A stretch of DNA of 64,000 nucleotides from Neocallimastix sp. 'constans' (taxonomy: Eukaryota): the NCBI GenBank assembly GCA_050613775.1, contig JBODTK010000014.1:186001-250000 (forward strand), written 5' to 3'. Position numbers and translations under genes: made by a program. The notes under the pieces are model-generated. The model made no database searches. It worked only from the letters and a program-made list of their open reading frames with translations, and was not told the DNA's origin. This document shows, one piece after another, positions 14,152-26,296 of this stretch; position 1 is the first letter of the stretch, and every line of letters begins with the position of its first letter.

Positions 14152-15272
14152 ATGTTTCCAAAAATTAATTTAAAATTTTTAACTCTTACTGCTTTATTAG
14201 CAAATTCAGTTGTTGCAGATAAAGCTAAAATTTATAGAAATTGTTTAAAGCCTGGTCAATTTGTTTTAACTTGTAAGATTTAATAATTTTATAAATATGT
14301 TATATAAATATTTAATATAGATATTTCATATAAATAATTTTTTATAGATAATTTATATAAATAATTTATATTGATGAATAATTTCAAATCATTTTATAAT
14401 TAATAGTCGATGATGGTCCAAATCCTGAAACAACTCCAATCGCTTTAGATGTTTTAAAGAAATATAATATAAAAGGAACATTCTTTATTAATGCTCATAA
14501 TTGGAGTGATCTTGAAAACGATCCTTCTGCCATTGAAACCGTAAAGAAAACTTATGCTGCTGGTCATGATATCGGTTCTCATACTTATAATCATAAAGAT
14601 TTATTTGAAGCCATTGAAGAAGGTTCAATGAAAGAAAATGTTGATGATATGACCGATAAAATTGAAGAAATTATTGGTGTAAAACCTGCTTATTTCAGAC
14701 CTCCTTGTGGAAATGGTGCTTATGTTGAACGTGATCCTCATAAGAAAGAAATGTCTGAAATGATTCAAGAATATTTAGGAGAAAGAGGATACAATATCAT
14801 TATGTGGGGAACCGATACCATGGATTGGCAATATAAAGAAGATGTAGACAATGTGATTGCTACTTTAAATGAACAACTTGCAAATCCAAATGTTTCTCCA
14901 AAAACTCATAGTTTCATTACCTTAATGCATGATGTTTATCCAAGTACGGTTAATATTGTTCTTCCAACAGTAATTGAATATGTTCAAAGTCTTGGATATA
15001 ATTTTGTTCCACTTTCTGAATGCATTGGAGTTTCACCATATCAAAGTACATCCAATGATGAAGGCAATCAATATAATTTAAATAATGGAGAAATTAATAA
15101 TAACTCCAATGAAAATAATAAAAATAATTCCACTATTATCTCAAATAATGCTAATAACAATTCATCAACAATTAGTATTAATAAAGAAGTAGAAAATACT
15201 TCAAATGCTATTACGCTTCATTCCAGTATCATTTTATCTATTGCAATTGCTATTTTATCTTTATTATTTTAA
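14152..15272 (+). CDS. CE4 polysaccharide (chitin) deacetylase, copy B; exons 14152-14272 and 14407-15272; 328 aa
   Basis: ATG at 14152; 134-nt intron 14273-14406 (gtaag..tag); spliced T|TC GAT GAT GGT CCA gives FDDGP. About 4 aa differences from copy A were seen (R/K, V/I, N/Y, A/V). Confidence 0.92.
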
Positions 15273-16884
15273 TCCAAATGACCCATTTAATCAAATATTT
15301 AATGATTATTAAAGATTATTTTGAAAATATTTTATTTTTAAAATATATTTTTAATATTAAATAAATCTACAGTAATATACTTATATAATTATATAATTAT
15401 ATAATTAATAATTTTAATAATTTTAATAATTTTAAAAATTCAGTTATTTTATACCAAAAGATGAAATAAAATTCATTTTTTATATATTCATTTTAATAAT
15501 TTATTAAAAATAATATATATAGAATTTATACCATTAGATATATAAAGTTTAAATATACCAAGAAATATATATTATATAAAATAAATTTTATATTATAAAA
15601 AATGAAAATTATTATATACCTTAAAATAAAATTTCTTTAAAAAAAAATAAATAAAATAAATATTAACGTTATAATAAAAAATTTAATTTTGAATTATTAT
15701 ATATATATGGTTAAATACTAAATATGAAATATTAATAAATAAAAAGAAAAATAAATAGTTAATAAATGAAATATAAATTTGTCAAAATTTTTATATTTAA
15801 TATAATAATAATAATAATAATAATTTTATTCCTGTTATTTTTCAATTATATGTAAGAAATATATATAATTTTATTTTAAAAAAAAAAGTATAGTTGAAAT
15901 AGAAATAAAACAAGTTAAGAAAAAAAAAAATTAAATAAAATTTTTTAACTTTAATTATTTAATAATGAATATATATATAGTGAATTATTAATATATAAAT
16001 TTATCATTTCAAATAAAAAAAATCTAATAAAAAAAAAATAAAATAAAAAGATTAAAATAAAAAAAAAATATATATAAATTTATCATTTCAAATAAAAAAA
16101 ATCTAATAAAAAAAAATAATGAATATAAATATTTAGTGAATTATTAATATATAAATTTATCATTTCAAATAAAAAAAATCTAATAAAATAAAAATAAAAT
16201 AAAAAGATTAAAATAAAAAAAAAAAGATTAAAATAAAAAAAAAAAAAGATTAAAATAAAAAAAAAGGATAAGATTAAAATTAAAATTAAAAAAAAATAAA
16301 AAAATAAAAAAATAAAAATATAATAATTTTATATTTTCTCTATAATGATATTGATATATTAATAATTATAATATGCTATTAATTATTATATTTTAGCAAT
16401 GTTTATTAATAGCATATTATAACATATATTTGCATTACAAACATTGCTAAAATATAATAATATATTCTTAAAATATATGTGTATAAATATATGTTGTTGC
16501 ATATTATTGTAATAAAAGTAGTATATTTTTTAGATATGATATATTTGCATATATTTTATTAAAATGATAGTTCAATATATGTATTATTTTATATTAATAA
16601 TTTATTAAAATAATAGTTTAATATATGTATTATTTTATATTAATAAAGTATATGCATTTAACATATCAAAGAATCTTCAACTAATATATATTATTATAAT
16701 TCAACAATTTTTCTAATATAAATAAATAATATGCATATGTATTGTTATATATATAGTATTTTAGCAGATTGTTATGATAATCTTAGCTAGTTTATAAACA
16801 TACACATAGTACAATTAGCAACATATATATTTAATACAACTAATAACTAGCTTGAATTGCAGTACTATCATATAGATTTGAGCA

Positions 16885-17224
16885 TATACTTGCGTAATTT
16901 ATTTTATATTATTTTATTATTATTTTAATGCAATAAATGCATATAGTTAATATATATAACTTACATAATAATATATCGATAAGTTTATGTATCTATTAAC
17001 TATATGCATTTATTGCATTAAAATAATAATAAAATAATATAAAATAAATTACACTATATGTATTTATTGCATTAAAATAATAATAAAATAATATAAAATA
17101 AATTACACTATATGCATTTATTGCATTAAAATAATAATAAAATAATATAAAATAAATTACACTATATGCATTTATTGCATTAAAATAATAATAAAATAAT
17201 ATAAAATAAATTACACAAGTATAT
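16885..17224. repeat. Foldback: one inverted arm (16885-16952) facing four tandem 54-bp copies (17001-17216)
   Basis: Unit tatatgcatttattgcattaaaataataataaaataatataaaataaattacac starts at 17001, 17055, 17109 and 17163; its reverse complement lies at ~16893-16952. Confidence 0.85.
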
Positions 17225-18141
17225 TGCATTAAGCACTACTAACATATATTTTAACATATATAAATACAATAATATTGATAAAATATTCATGAAAATGTGT
17301 ATATAACATACTAGCTAGTTATTAAATCAATATGTTTCTCATGATATTTAAGATATATATGCAGCTGTTCAATATATATGTTTTATAAATCATAGTGATT
17401 CCAACTCTGCTCCTAAGCGCTGAAACCAAGGCGGTAAAAACCGGAAATAAATAAATTATAAAAATAAAATTATTTAATCATATAAAATAATTATTTATTA
17501 TATAATAATCCTTAGATATATAAATAATAATATATTTAATTATCTAAATTTTTATTAATAATTAAAATTATTACATTTTATAAAAAAATTTTGATTGATT
17601 ATTTTTTTTTCATTAATAGTATAAAATTAAGTATATATGTAAAATTAAATATGAAAATATTATATAATAATCCTTAGAAATATAAATAATAATATATTTA
17701 ATTATCTAAATTTTTATTAATAATTAAAATTATTACATTTTATAAAAAAAATTTTGATTGATTACAAAAATTAAAAGTATATTTATAAATAGTATAAAAT
17801 TAAGTATACACTGTAAAATTAAATATGAAAATATACTTTTTTAATTAAAAATTCATTTAATTTAAATTAAAAATTTATAACAATAACTTTATATATTTTA
17901 TTTAATTTAAATATTATTAATTAAAATTTAATCAATAATATAAAACTAATAAAATATCTATCTTATATTTTACCTAATTAAATCAAATTTAATCAAATAA
18001 AATATAAGTCAAATATTTCATCAGTTTCAATCAATAACTACTCTTTTTTTTTTTAAAAAAAAAAAAATTTAATATCGTTTCATAGATATAAAAAATTTCT
18101 ATGTTTTATAAAATAAAAAACTATTAAATAAAGATTATATC

Positions 18142-19911
18142 TTAAACGACTATTCTATCAAAAATATCACTTATTGGATAAATTGTATTTTCTTCTGGAT
18201 TAATTGGAATATATTGTTTATTATTTATTTCTGAATTTAAACCAGAAAGACATATTTCATCCTTTTGTAGTCCAAAGTCTTTAATTTTAAAATTATAAAT
18301 AATTTCTTTAAGATATTCTTTCTCATTTTCACCTATTTCGAACTTTCGTAATAATAAATCTCGTTGAATTAACATTATATTATATATATTAATTTTTACA
18401 TCATTATTCATATAATCTAAATTATAAAGTTCGATATCTAATCTTTTTAATTCATTCATTATATTTTTTTGTTCATATATTAAAGAAAGTAATCTATTTA
18501 CTGCGTATGAACTTTCGAAATTACTATTATATGGATATAAAATTGATGATTGGTATTGAAATGGTGATTGTAATGTGGATTGTAATGGCAATTTATTGTC
18601 ATTATTTGGAATAACATCTGAAATAATACTTGAAGGCGATGGGTATCCATTATTTCTGATATTATATGAATTATTTGATGGTAGTTCATCAGAATTATTT
18701 GAGAATGGAGAAAGACACTCATAATTGTTCATTACAGGACAGTCTGTAGTAGATACCGATCTTTGTTTTATATTGATATCGATATTACTATTTTCATTTG
18801 AAATATCAGACAAAATAGGATAAAATTGTTTTAAATCTTCAACTAATTCTTCAGTTTCTTTTATTAATTCAACATTTTCATATTTTTTGACCATTATAGA
18901 ATTAGAAATTATGGAATTAGAAATACCATTTTCATTGTATTTATTGGCATTTCTTCTTTCTTGGCAAAAATTTAATCCAAATGTAAAAGTATCCTTAAGT
19001 TTATATTGATCATCTTCTACATTGTAATAAAACATAGATTCAAAATAATAAGGAAAAATACTTTCCTCATTATTTATCATATATTCTTCTTGCTTTTTAA
19101 GAAATGATTTTTCTTTCCTCTTCGTTAATTGTTTATAACTTAAAAGAGTAAATGGTTCACTTACTAGCATCTCCTCATTTTCTTTAACAATGATTAAAAA
19201 ATAAAACCAAAATCCATTTTGTATAGCAGTAGTGTTTGTTTGAAGTTCAACTTCAACAATATTTGAATCCATTACATTATTTCTGTCAATTTCTCCAACT
19301 AACTTTAAATTTACATATTGGTTGATGTATTCACTATTTTTGTTTTTAATGCTTTCTTCAAATTTTAAGTTTTTAAAGGTTTGCTTTAATTTCTTCATAG
19401 TTGTAGTATTTTTGTTTCCGATACGTAAACCCAATTGATAGATTTTTCCAGTCATATTTCTAATTTCATTAAATTTTATATTTAAATGGACTGGTTTTCC
19501 AATTGTTATCTTCTTTCTTTCTTCTCCATTCTTCTTTTTATTTTCATTCTTCATTTTAATAGCTATTTTTGTTGATTTTTCCAATTTCATTTTTCTTCTT
19601 TCATTTAATTTCTCTTTCACAATATTTACAGCGCCTGTTTCTTTATTATTTTCTAAGTTAATATCATCATCCTTATAAACTAATTTTTTTATATAGCTAT
19701 TTAAATTTATTTTATTTTCATAACGGAATCTACCACAACTTCTAACTACATTTGGTATATCTTCTATAAACTTTGAATGACCATATTTATTACTAAGTTT
19801 AATAAAATTTTTGATTTCGCAATTAGCTGTAAAATTTGCAAAATCATAATTTATACTATCATATCTATCTAAAAATGTAGATAAATAATTTAATATCTCG
19901 AATACACTCAT
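18142..19911 (-). CDS. Uncharacterised 589-aa protein, copy 1; possibly nuclear or DNA-binding
   Basis: Long intronless ORF in very AT-rich DNA, TATA-like tatataaata upstream, conserved paralog at 38554-40350. Basic clusters, an S/P/N-rich middle and a coiled-coil-like C-terminal helix. No family recognised. Confidence 0.85.
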   Translation of the reverse strand: MSVFEILNYLSTFLDRYDSINYDFANFTANCEIKNFIKLSNKYGHSKFIEDIPNVVRSCGRFRYENKINLNSYIKKLVYKDDDINLENNKETGAVNIVKEKLNERRKMKLEKSTKIAIKMKNENKKKNGEERKKITIGKPVHLNIKFNEIRNMTGKIYQLGLRIGNKNTTTMKKLKQTFKNLKFEESIKNKNSEYINQYVNLKLVGEIDRNNVMDSNIVEVELQTNTTAIQNGFWFYFLIIVKENEEMLVSEPFTLLSYKQLTKRKEKSFLKKQEEYMINNEESIFPYYFESMFYYNVEDDQYKLKDTFTFGLNFCQERRNANKYNENGISNSIISNSIMVKKYENVELIKETEELVEDLKQFYPILSDISNENSNIDINIKQRSVSTTDCPVMNNYECLSPFSNNSDELPSNNSYNIRNNGYPSPSSIISDVIPNNDNKLPLQSTLQSPFQYQSSILYPYNSNFESSYAVNRLLSLIYEQKNIMNELKRLDIELYNLDYMNNDVKINIYNIMLIQRDLLLRKFEIGENEKEYLKEIIYNFKIKDFGLQKDEICLSGLNSEINNKQYIPINPEENTIYPISDIFDRIVV

Positions 19912-21482
19912 TTTTTATTATTTTTCAAAATTCTTTAAAGTTTCTTTTTTATTACTATTATTCTTATTTCTTATTTTTTTTTTTTGTAAACAAAATCACG
20001 AATCGAGAAAACAGAGATATTTATATACTTTTTTATACATATATATATATATTTTTATTATTTTTATTTTTTAACAATCAACTCTCATAAAATTATTGTT
20101 AAATTTAAAATAATTATATTTATATTAATATTTATATTAATATTTATATTGTTTATATTATAATGGAATTCCAAGAAGAAATATTTTTAACTTTATAATT
20201 AATTTTTTTAAAAATATTTCTACATTGAATTGTTAATAGTTTAAAATGAAAATAAATAAATATTGTGAAAGATTAAAATTATATATTAATAAATGATAAT
20301 AGTTGATTTGTGAAATTAAACTGTTTAATTTTTAAAAATAAATAAAAAAATATATATATATTAAAAATTAATATATTCAAAATCTCCAATAGTAATAGTC
20401 TCCAAACAAAAGTTAAATTAATATCTTATTTCATTAATCATTATTAGAAATAGTTTTTATTATTATTATTATCATTTTAATTAAATATATATTTATTAAT
20501 TCAATGATATTATTATTGTTTCAAATAATTATTTATATGAATTGTATATTAATATTATACCTTTTATGATTTAATTTTAATAATAAAAACTAAATTAAAA
20601 AAAAAAAAAAAAAAAAAAAGCATATTATTATCCTTAATTATAATAATATTTCATATCCTACTATTTAAACGATTAAAAAATTAATAATAATATTATTTTT
20701 ATGTTATTGTTACAATATACTAAAGAATTTAAATAATAATTTAAATATAATTGCATTATTATTATTATTATTATTATTATTATACTAAAAAATTTAAATA
20801 ATAATTTAAATATAATTACATAATTATTTTAATTTTTTATTAATTTTATATTTTATATTTGTTCTATATGAATATTCATTTTATTAAATATTTGTTCATT
20901 GAGTAGGATATATATATTTTATTATCATCCTTAATTATAATATTTCATATTCTATTATTTAAGCGATTAAAAAATTAATAATATTATTATTTTTATGTTA
21001 TTATTACAATATACTAAAGAATTTAAATAAAAAATTAAAATAATAATGTAATTTAAATATTTGTTCATTGAGTAGTATATATATTTTTAAAAAATATAAA
21101 AAATTAAAATAATAATGTAATTTAAATATTTGTTCATTGAGTAGTATATATATTTTTAAAAAATATAAAACAAATTTATATATATATAATACTAAATAAA
21201 AATATTATGAATATTCATTTTATTATTAAATATTTGTTCATTGAGTACTATATATATTTTTTAAAAATATTATGAATATTTTTTTTATTATTAAATATTT
21301 GTTCATTGAGTAGTATATATATTTTTAAAAAATATAAAACAAATTTATATATATATATATAATACTAAATAAAAATATTCTTATTTCATAATTATTCTTT
21401 CAATTAAAAAGATCTATTAATAAATTTTTATATTTTATTTAATTAAAATGATAAAAATATGTATAATAACAACAACAACAAC

Positions 21483-21514
<32 letters not shown>

Positions 21515-21675
21515 TATTTAAAATATTTAAAAAAATATAAAAATTTATATATTCATATATAAAAAAATATAAAATTTTATATTTTCATATATAAATAAAT
21601 ATATGTAATAAAAATAAATGTTTTATAAATAAAAATAATCATAAATACAAAATAAAGATAAAAATTTAAACAAAT

Positions 21676-21800
21676 TTATACAAATTATTACATAATAAAG
21701 CATTATAAAATAAAATATTTATACAAATTATTACATAATAAAACATTATAAAATATTTATAAATATTTTATAATGCTTTATTATGTAATAATTTGTATAA
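21676..21800. repeat. 82-bp spacer-less AT palindrome (21719-21800, one mismatch) with an extra tandem arm copy
   Basis: Pairing checked outward from the centre 21759/21760; arm ttatacaaattattacataataaa(g/a)cattataaaata also present at 21676. Confidence 0.85.
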
Positions 21801-21849
21801 GTGTATTATTTTAATACATAGTAAAAAAATAATTATTTCCATTTATTGA

Positions 21850-22500
21850 ATAATTTGGAATTGATGCCAGATCCATATGGATTAATTCAAAAATTTCTTT
21901 TGCTTTATTCATTGACTTATATATGGGAAATTTTTCAATTTTGAGCTAGAACAAATTTTGCATTTGTTATCTATGCTTATCTTCTATAATTCTTCTTTAA
22001 TTAAATCTATGTTTGAGTGCCCAAGTTTTCTATGCTACAAATTCATATTGGAATCTTCAATTGTTTCTTCACTGTAGTATACCATATTATAGAAATTTGA
22101 ATTTACATGAATTCATGCTTGTTATGACTTTGTCTAGGTTTGAATTATCGGTATAGAATGTATTAATTAATCCTATTTCTTTTACTGTTATAAATAGTTG
22201 CATTATTAATATTATTTTCTTTATTTTTATAAAATACTACTTTATAATGATCCTCTCTCCAATGCTTTATTATAATAAGTTTTTCTTGAAAGAAGGTACA
22301 TATAATACATCATTAACATTATTTTATAACCATTAATATTCCCTATGTACTGACCAATATATTCAAATTTTATTGTTCTCCATCTGTGAAAAATATATCC
22401 GTTGAATATTTTTTTGTAATTTTTGAGAGCGTTCTTATCACCTGTCATATGAAACGAAGCTCCTGAATCTAACGTCCAAGTTTTTATTTTTAGGCGCTTG
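21850..22500 (-). mobile_element. Ty1/copia LTR-retrotransposon pol relic (protease, GAG-pre-integrase, integrase start)
   Basis: Minus strand reads KTWTLDSGASFHMTGD (copia protease WxLDSGAxxHM), L*HRKLGH (LWHxRLGH with TGG>TAG), CKIC, then FELIHMDL, in copia order with stops and frameshifts. Confidence 0.85.
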
Positions 22501-22979
22501 AATTATTTTTGGTTTCATAGGCAATATAATAGCTTAAATTTTTTTTTTTGATAATAACTGCCTTCTTCCAAAAAATTTTGTGTTTTATATTTGTTATTGT
22601 GTCATTGGATTCGTACTAATTATCATTATTATTATTATTATAGTCTGTATTTAATGAGTTATCAAATATTTCTTTGAAATTCTCTTTCTTTTCTTGATAA
22701 TTATAATTATTATTATTGATAAATTATACAATTAATTAATAGTTAATTATCAAATAATAATGAAATTATAATGGTAATTCAATAACTAATTCCATTTTAT
22801 ATTTTTCTTGATAATTATTATTATTATTATTATTGATAAATTATACAATTAATGAATAGTTAATTATCAAATAATAATGAAATTATAGTGGTAATTCAAT
22901 AACTAATTCCATTTTATATTTATCTGAATTAATAAAGTCATAAAATAAAATTTTTTTTCTCTTATAATATGTTATTATT

Positions 22980-23762
22980 TATTATAAATAATTTATTTGA
23001 ATAATATTTTCTATCATTGATATTATAAATAATTTATTTGAATAATATTTTCTATCATTGATATTATAAATAATTTATTTGAATAATATTTTCTATCATT
23101 GATATTATAAATAATTTATTTGAATAATATTTTCTATCATTGATATTATAAATAATTTATTTGAATAATATTTTCTATCATTGATATTATAAATAATTTA
23201 TTTGAATAATATTTTCTATCATTGATATTATAAATAATTTATTTGAATAATATTTTCTATCATTGATATTATAAATAATTTATTTGAATAATATTTTCTA
23301 TCATTGATATTATAAATAATTTATTTGAATAATATTTTCTATCATTGATATTATAAATAATTTATTTGAATAATATTTTCTATCATTGATATTATAAATA
23401 ATTTATTTGAATAATATTTTCTATCATTGATATTATAAATAATTTATTTGAATAATATTTTCTATCATTGATATTATAAATAATTTATTTGAATAATATT
23501 TTCTATCATTGATATTATAAATAATTTATTTGAATAATATTTTCTATCATTGATATTATAAATAATTTATTTGAATAATATTTTCTATCATTGATATTAT
23601 AAATAATTTATTTGAATAATATTTTCTATCATTGATATTATAAATAATTTATTTGAATAATATTTTCTATCATTGATATTATAAATAATTTATTTGAATA
23701 ATATTTTCTATCATTGATATTATAAATAATTTATTTGAATAATATTTTCTATCATTGATATT
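22980..23762. repeat. Minisatellite, ~19 x 41 bp
   Basis: Unit tattataaataatttatttgaataatattttctatcattga, period 41, no spacers, copies appear identical. Confidence 0.95.
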
Positions 23763-23955
23763 TATTATTGAATTTTATTTTTTAAGTTAATAATCTCATG
23801 GATAATTAAATTTTCCCATATCATAATTTTTATTTATTATGTTATAATGATTTTAAAATTATTATTGTAGTTTTTTTTTTATTATTATTATTATTTTTTA
23901 TAATTATGTATATATAATATATGTTACTAAATTTATGCTAAAAAATATTAAATTT

Positions 23956-23957
<2 letters not shown>

Positions 23958-24053
<96 letters not shown>
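23958..24053. repeat. (AAT)n microsatellite
   Basis: About 30 consecutive aat triplets. Confidence 0.9.
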
Positions 24054-24054
<1 letters not shown>

Positions 24055-25154
24055 TGTTGTTATTATTAATTATTATTTATAATTTAATGATATGAATCAT
24101 AATTATTGAAATACTTTTTTTAATCTTTTAATAATTTTTTTTAACCCTTTTAATAATATTGTATATTTATTTAAATGAAGAAATTTTAAAAAATAAAATT
24201 TTATAAAAAATTTTATTTTTTAAAATTTAAATAAATTAACTTAAGAATTTATTTTGAAAATTATTTATTTTCAATAATTTGTTATTAATATATTCAATTT
24301 CAAAAAATTATATATTAACGTATGTTTATATTTTATATTTTTAGTTCTTAATAATTAATTTCTATTTTAGTATTATTTTTAAATAAATTTTTATTATTAT
24401 ATAATAATAAAATATTTATTTAATATTATAATAATTTATTATTATTATATTTTAATAATTTTATTTACTATTATTATTAATATTTATTAATTTTTATTAC
24501 TATTATTTATAATTAATAATATTATTATCATTAACTATAATTATTATTAAAATATTTTTTTAATATAAAAAATAAATAATTAAAAATTTAATATTCCGAT
24601 GATTCATATTGTTTCCCTATAATTCGTATCACTTTTATTAATATTTAATGTTAAGAATAATAATATATTTTTCAATTATTTTATAATGAAATTTATACCA
24701 ACCGTAATTTTATTTTCCTTCATCGTTTTTGTCCTCTATTGTTAATAAACTTTATTTTTAGTAATACTTAACATTGTTTCAATTTTTTGTAATAATACTA
24801 ATAATAATATTTTAAGATATTAATGGAAAATGTGAATTTAATAATATTATAATATTGTTAGGTAATATAATTTTATTTCATATAGTTTGATAAGAAATAC
24901 AAATTTTTAATTAATATAATAAATTGATTTCTTTTTTTTCTCCATTTTAATGTTGAATTAATATAATAATTATAAATTTTTAAATAGTAAAAAAAAAAAA
25001 AAAAAAAAAATATAAAATGAAAAACATTTCTTTAAAAATAACAAAATCAAAAATTATATATTTAATTTTTTGAATAAACAAATATTTAAAAGTTATTAAT
25101 TATATACATATATATATAAATAAAAGTATTTATATAATTATAATATAAAAAAAA

Positions 25155-26296
25155 ATGAGAATATTAAATATTATTGGATTAGTAAGTTTAATTAAATTAG
25201 CTCAAGCTGGCTGTGGTGGTGCGTATAGTCAATGTGGAGGGTAAATATATTATATATTATATTTTTATGATTAAATAAAATAAATGTATTTAAATATATG
25301 ATTTGATCATTAATAAATATAAATTTATTTATAAAATTTAATAAATTTATTTTTCAATATTTTAGACTCAATTATACAGGAGATAAATGTTGTATATCAG
25401 GATATACTTGTAAATATTATAATGATTGGTATTCTCAATGTGTTCCTGGTAGTTCTGGTAGCACAGGTAATTCAGGAAATTCAGGAAATACCAATAAAAA
25501 GACTACGACAATAAAAAAGACAACCACAACCAAGAAAACAACTTCGAAGGCTCAACAACAAACTTCTTCTGCCTCTGCTTCTTCTTCCGCTTCTTCTAAT
25601 GTTTTCTTCCCTGCAGCTCAAAAGAAGGTCACTTTCAATGAACCATATGTCATTAAGGCAGGTCAAGTTTATGATGGTCTTGCAATCAATGGAGTTTGGA
25701 CCAGTTATGGAAGAGGCGTCACTGGTCAAGGAGATTGTAAAAATGTAGAAGGTGGAAATAAAGATGCAGTTTTCCGATTAGAATCTGGTGCCACCCTCAA
25801 AAATGTTATTCTTGGTGCTGATGCCATTGAACATGTTCACTGTATCGGTGATGGATGTACTGTTGAAAATGTTTGGTGGGACGATGTTTGTGAAGATGCT
25901 CTCTCTTTATTAGGATCTACTAATACTAATGCTAAATTCTATTTAATTGGAGGAGGTGCTCGTAATGGTTCAGATAAAATTGTTCAACACAACTCTGCTG
26001 GTACAGTTTATATTAAGAATTTCACAGTTAGTAATTCTGGTAAATTATATAGAGCTTGTGGTAATTGTAAGAGTGGTTATCAAAACAGAAGAAATGTAGT
26101 TATTGAAAATGTTAATGCTTCTAACGTTGGAGTATTAGCTGGTATTAATAGTAATTATGGAGATACCGCTACCTTTATTAATGTTAATGCCAATGGAGGT
26201 AATGTTTGTTACACATTTACTGGTAATAATAATGGTAAAGAACCAAGTAAAAATGGATCTCAATGTAAAAATCAAAGCAACTGTGTTTGTAAATAA
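25155..26296 (+). CDS. Secreted CBM1 + T/K/S linker + PL3 pectate lyase; exons 25155-25240 and 25366-26296; 338 aa
   Basis: Signal MRILNIIGLVSLIKLAQA; 125-nt intron 25241-25365 (gtaaat..tttag); CBM1 QCGGLNYTGDKCCISGYTCKYYNDWYSQC; PL3 motifs GATLKNVILG, HVHC, VWWDDVCEDA, DKIVQHN, GKLYRACGNC; TAA at 26294-26296. Confidence 0.92.

Noticed and set aside
16996..17229. 77-aa ORF with an 18-aa repeat (possible repeat-peptide precursor)
   Set aside because: Product of the 54-bp tandem arm of a foldback; no signal peptide or processing sites.
22980..23762. CRISPR-like regular array
   Set aside because: Units abut with no unique spacers, there are no cas genes, and the context is eukaryotic; it is a minisatellite.
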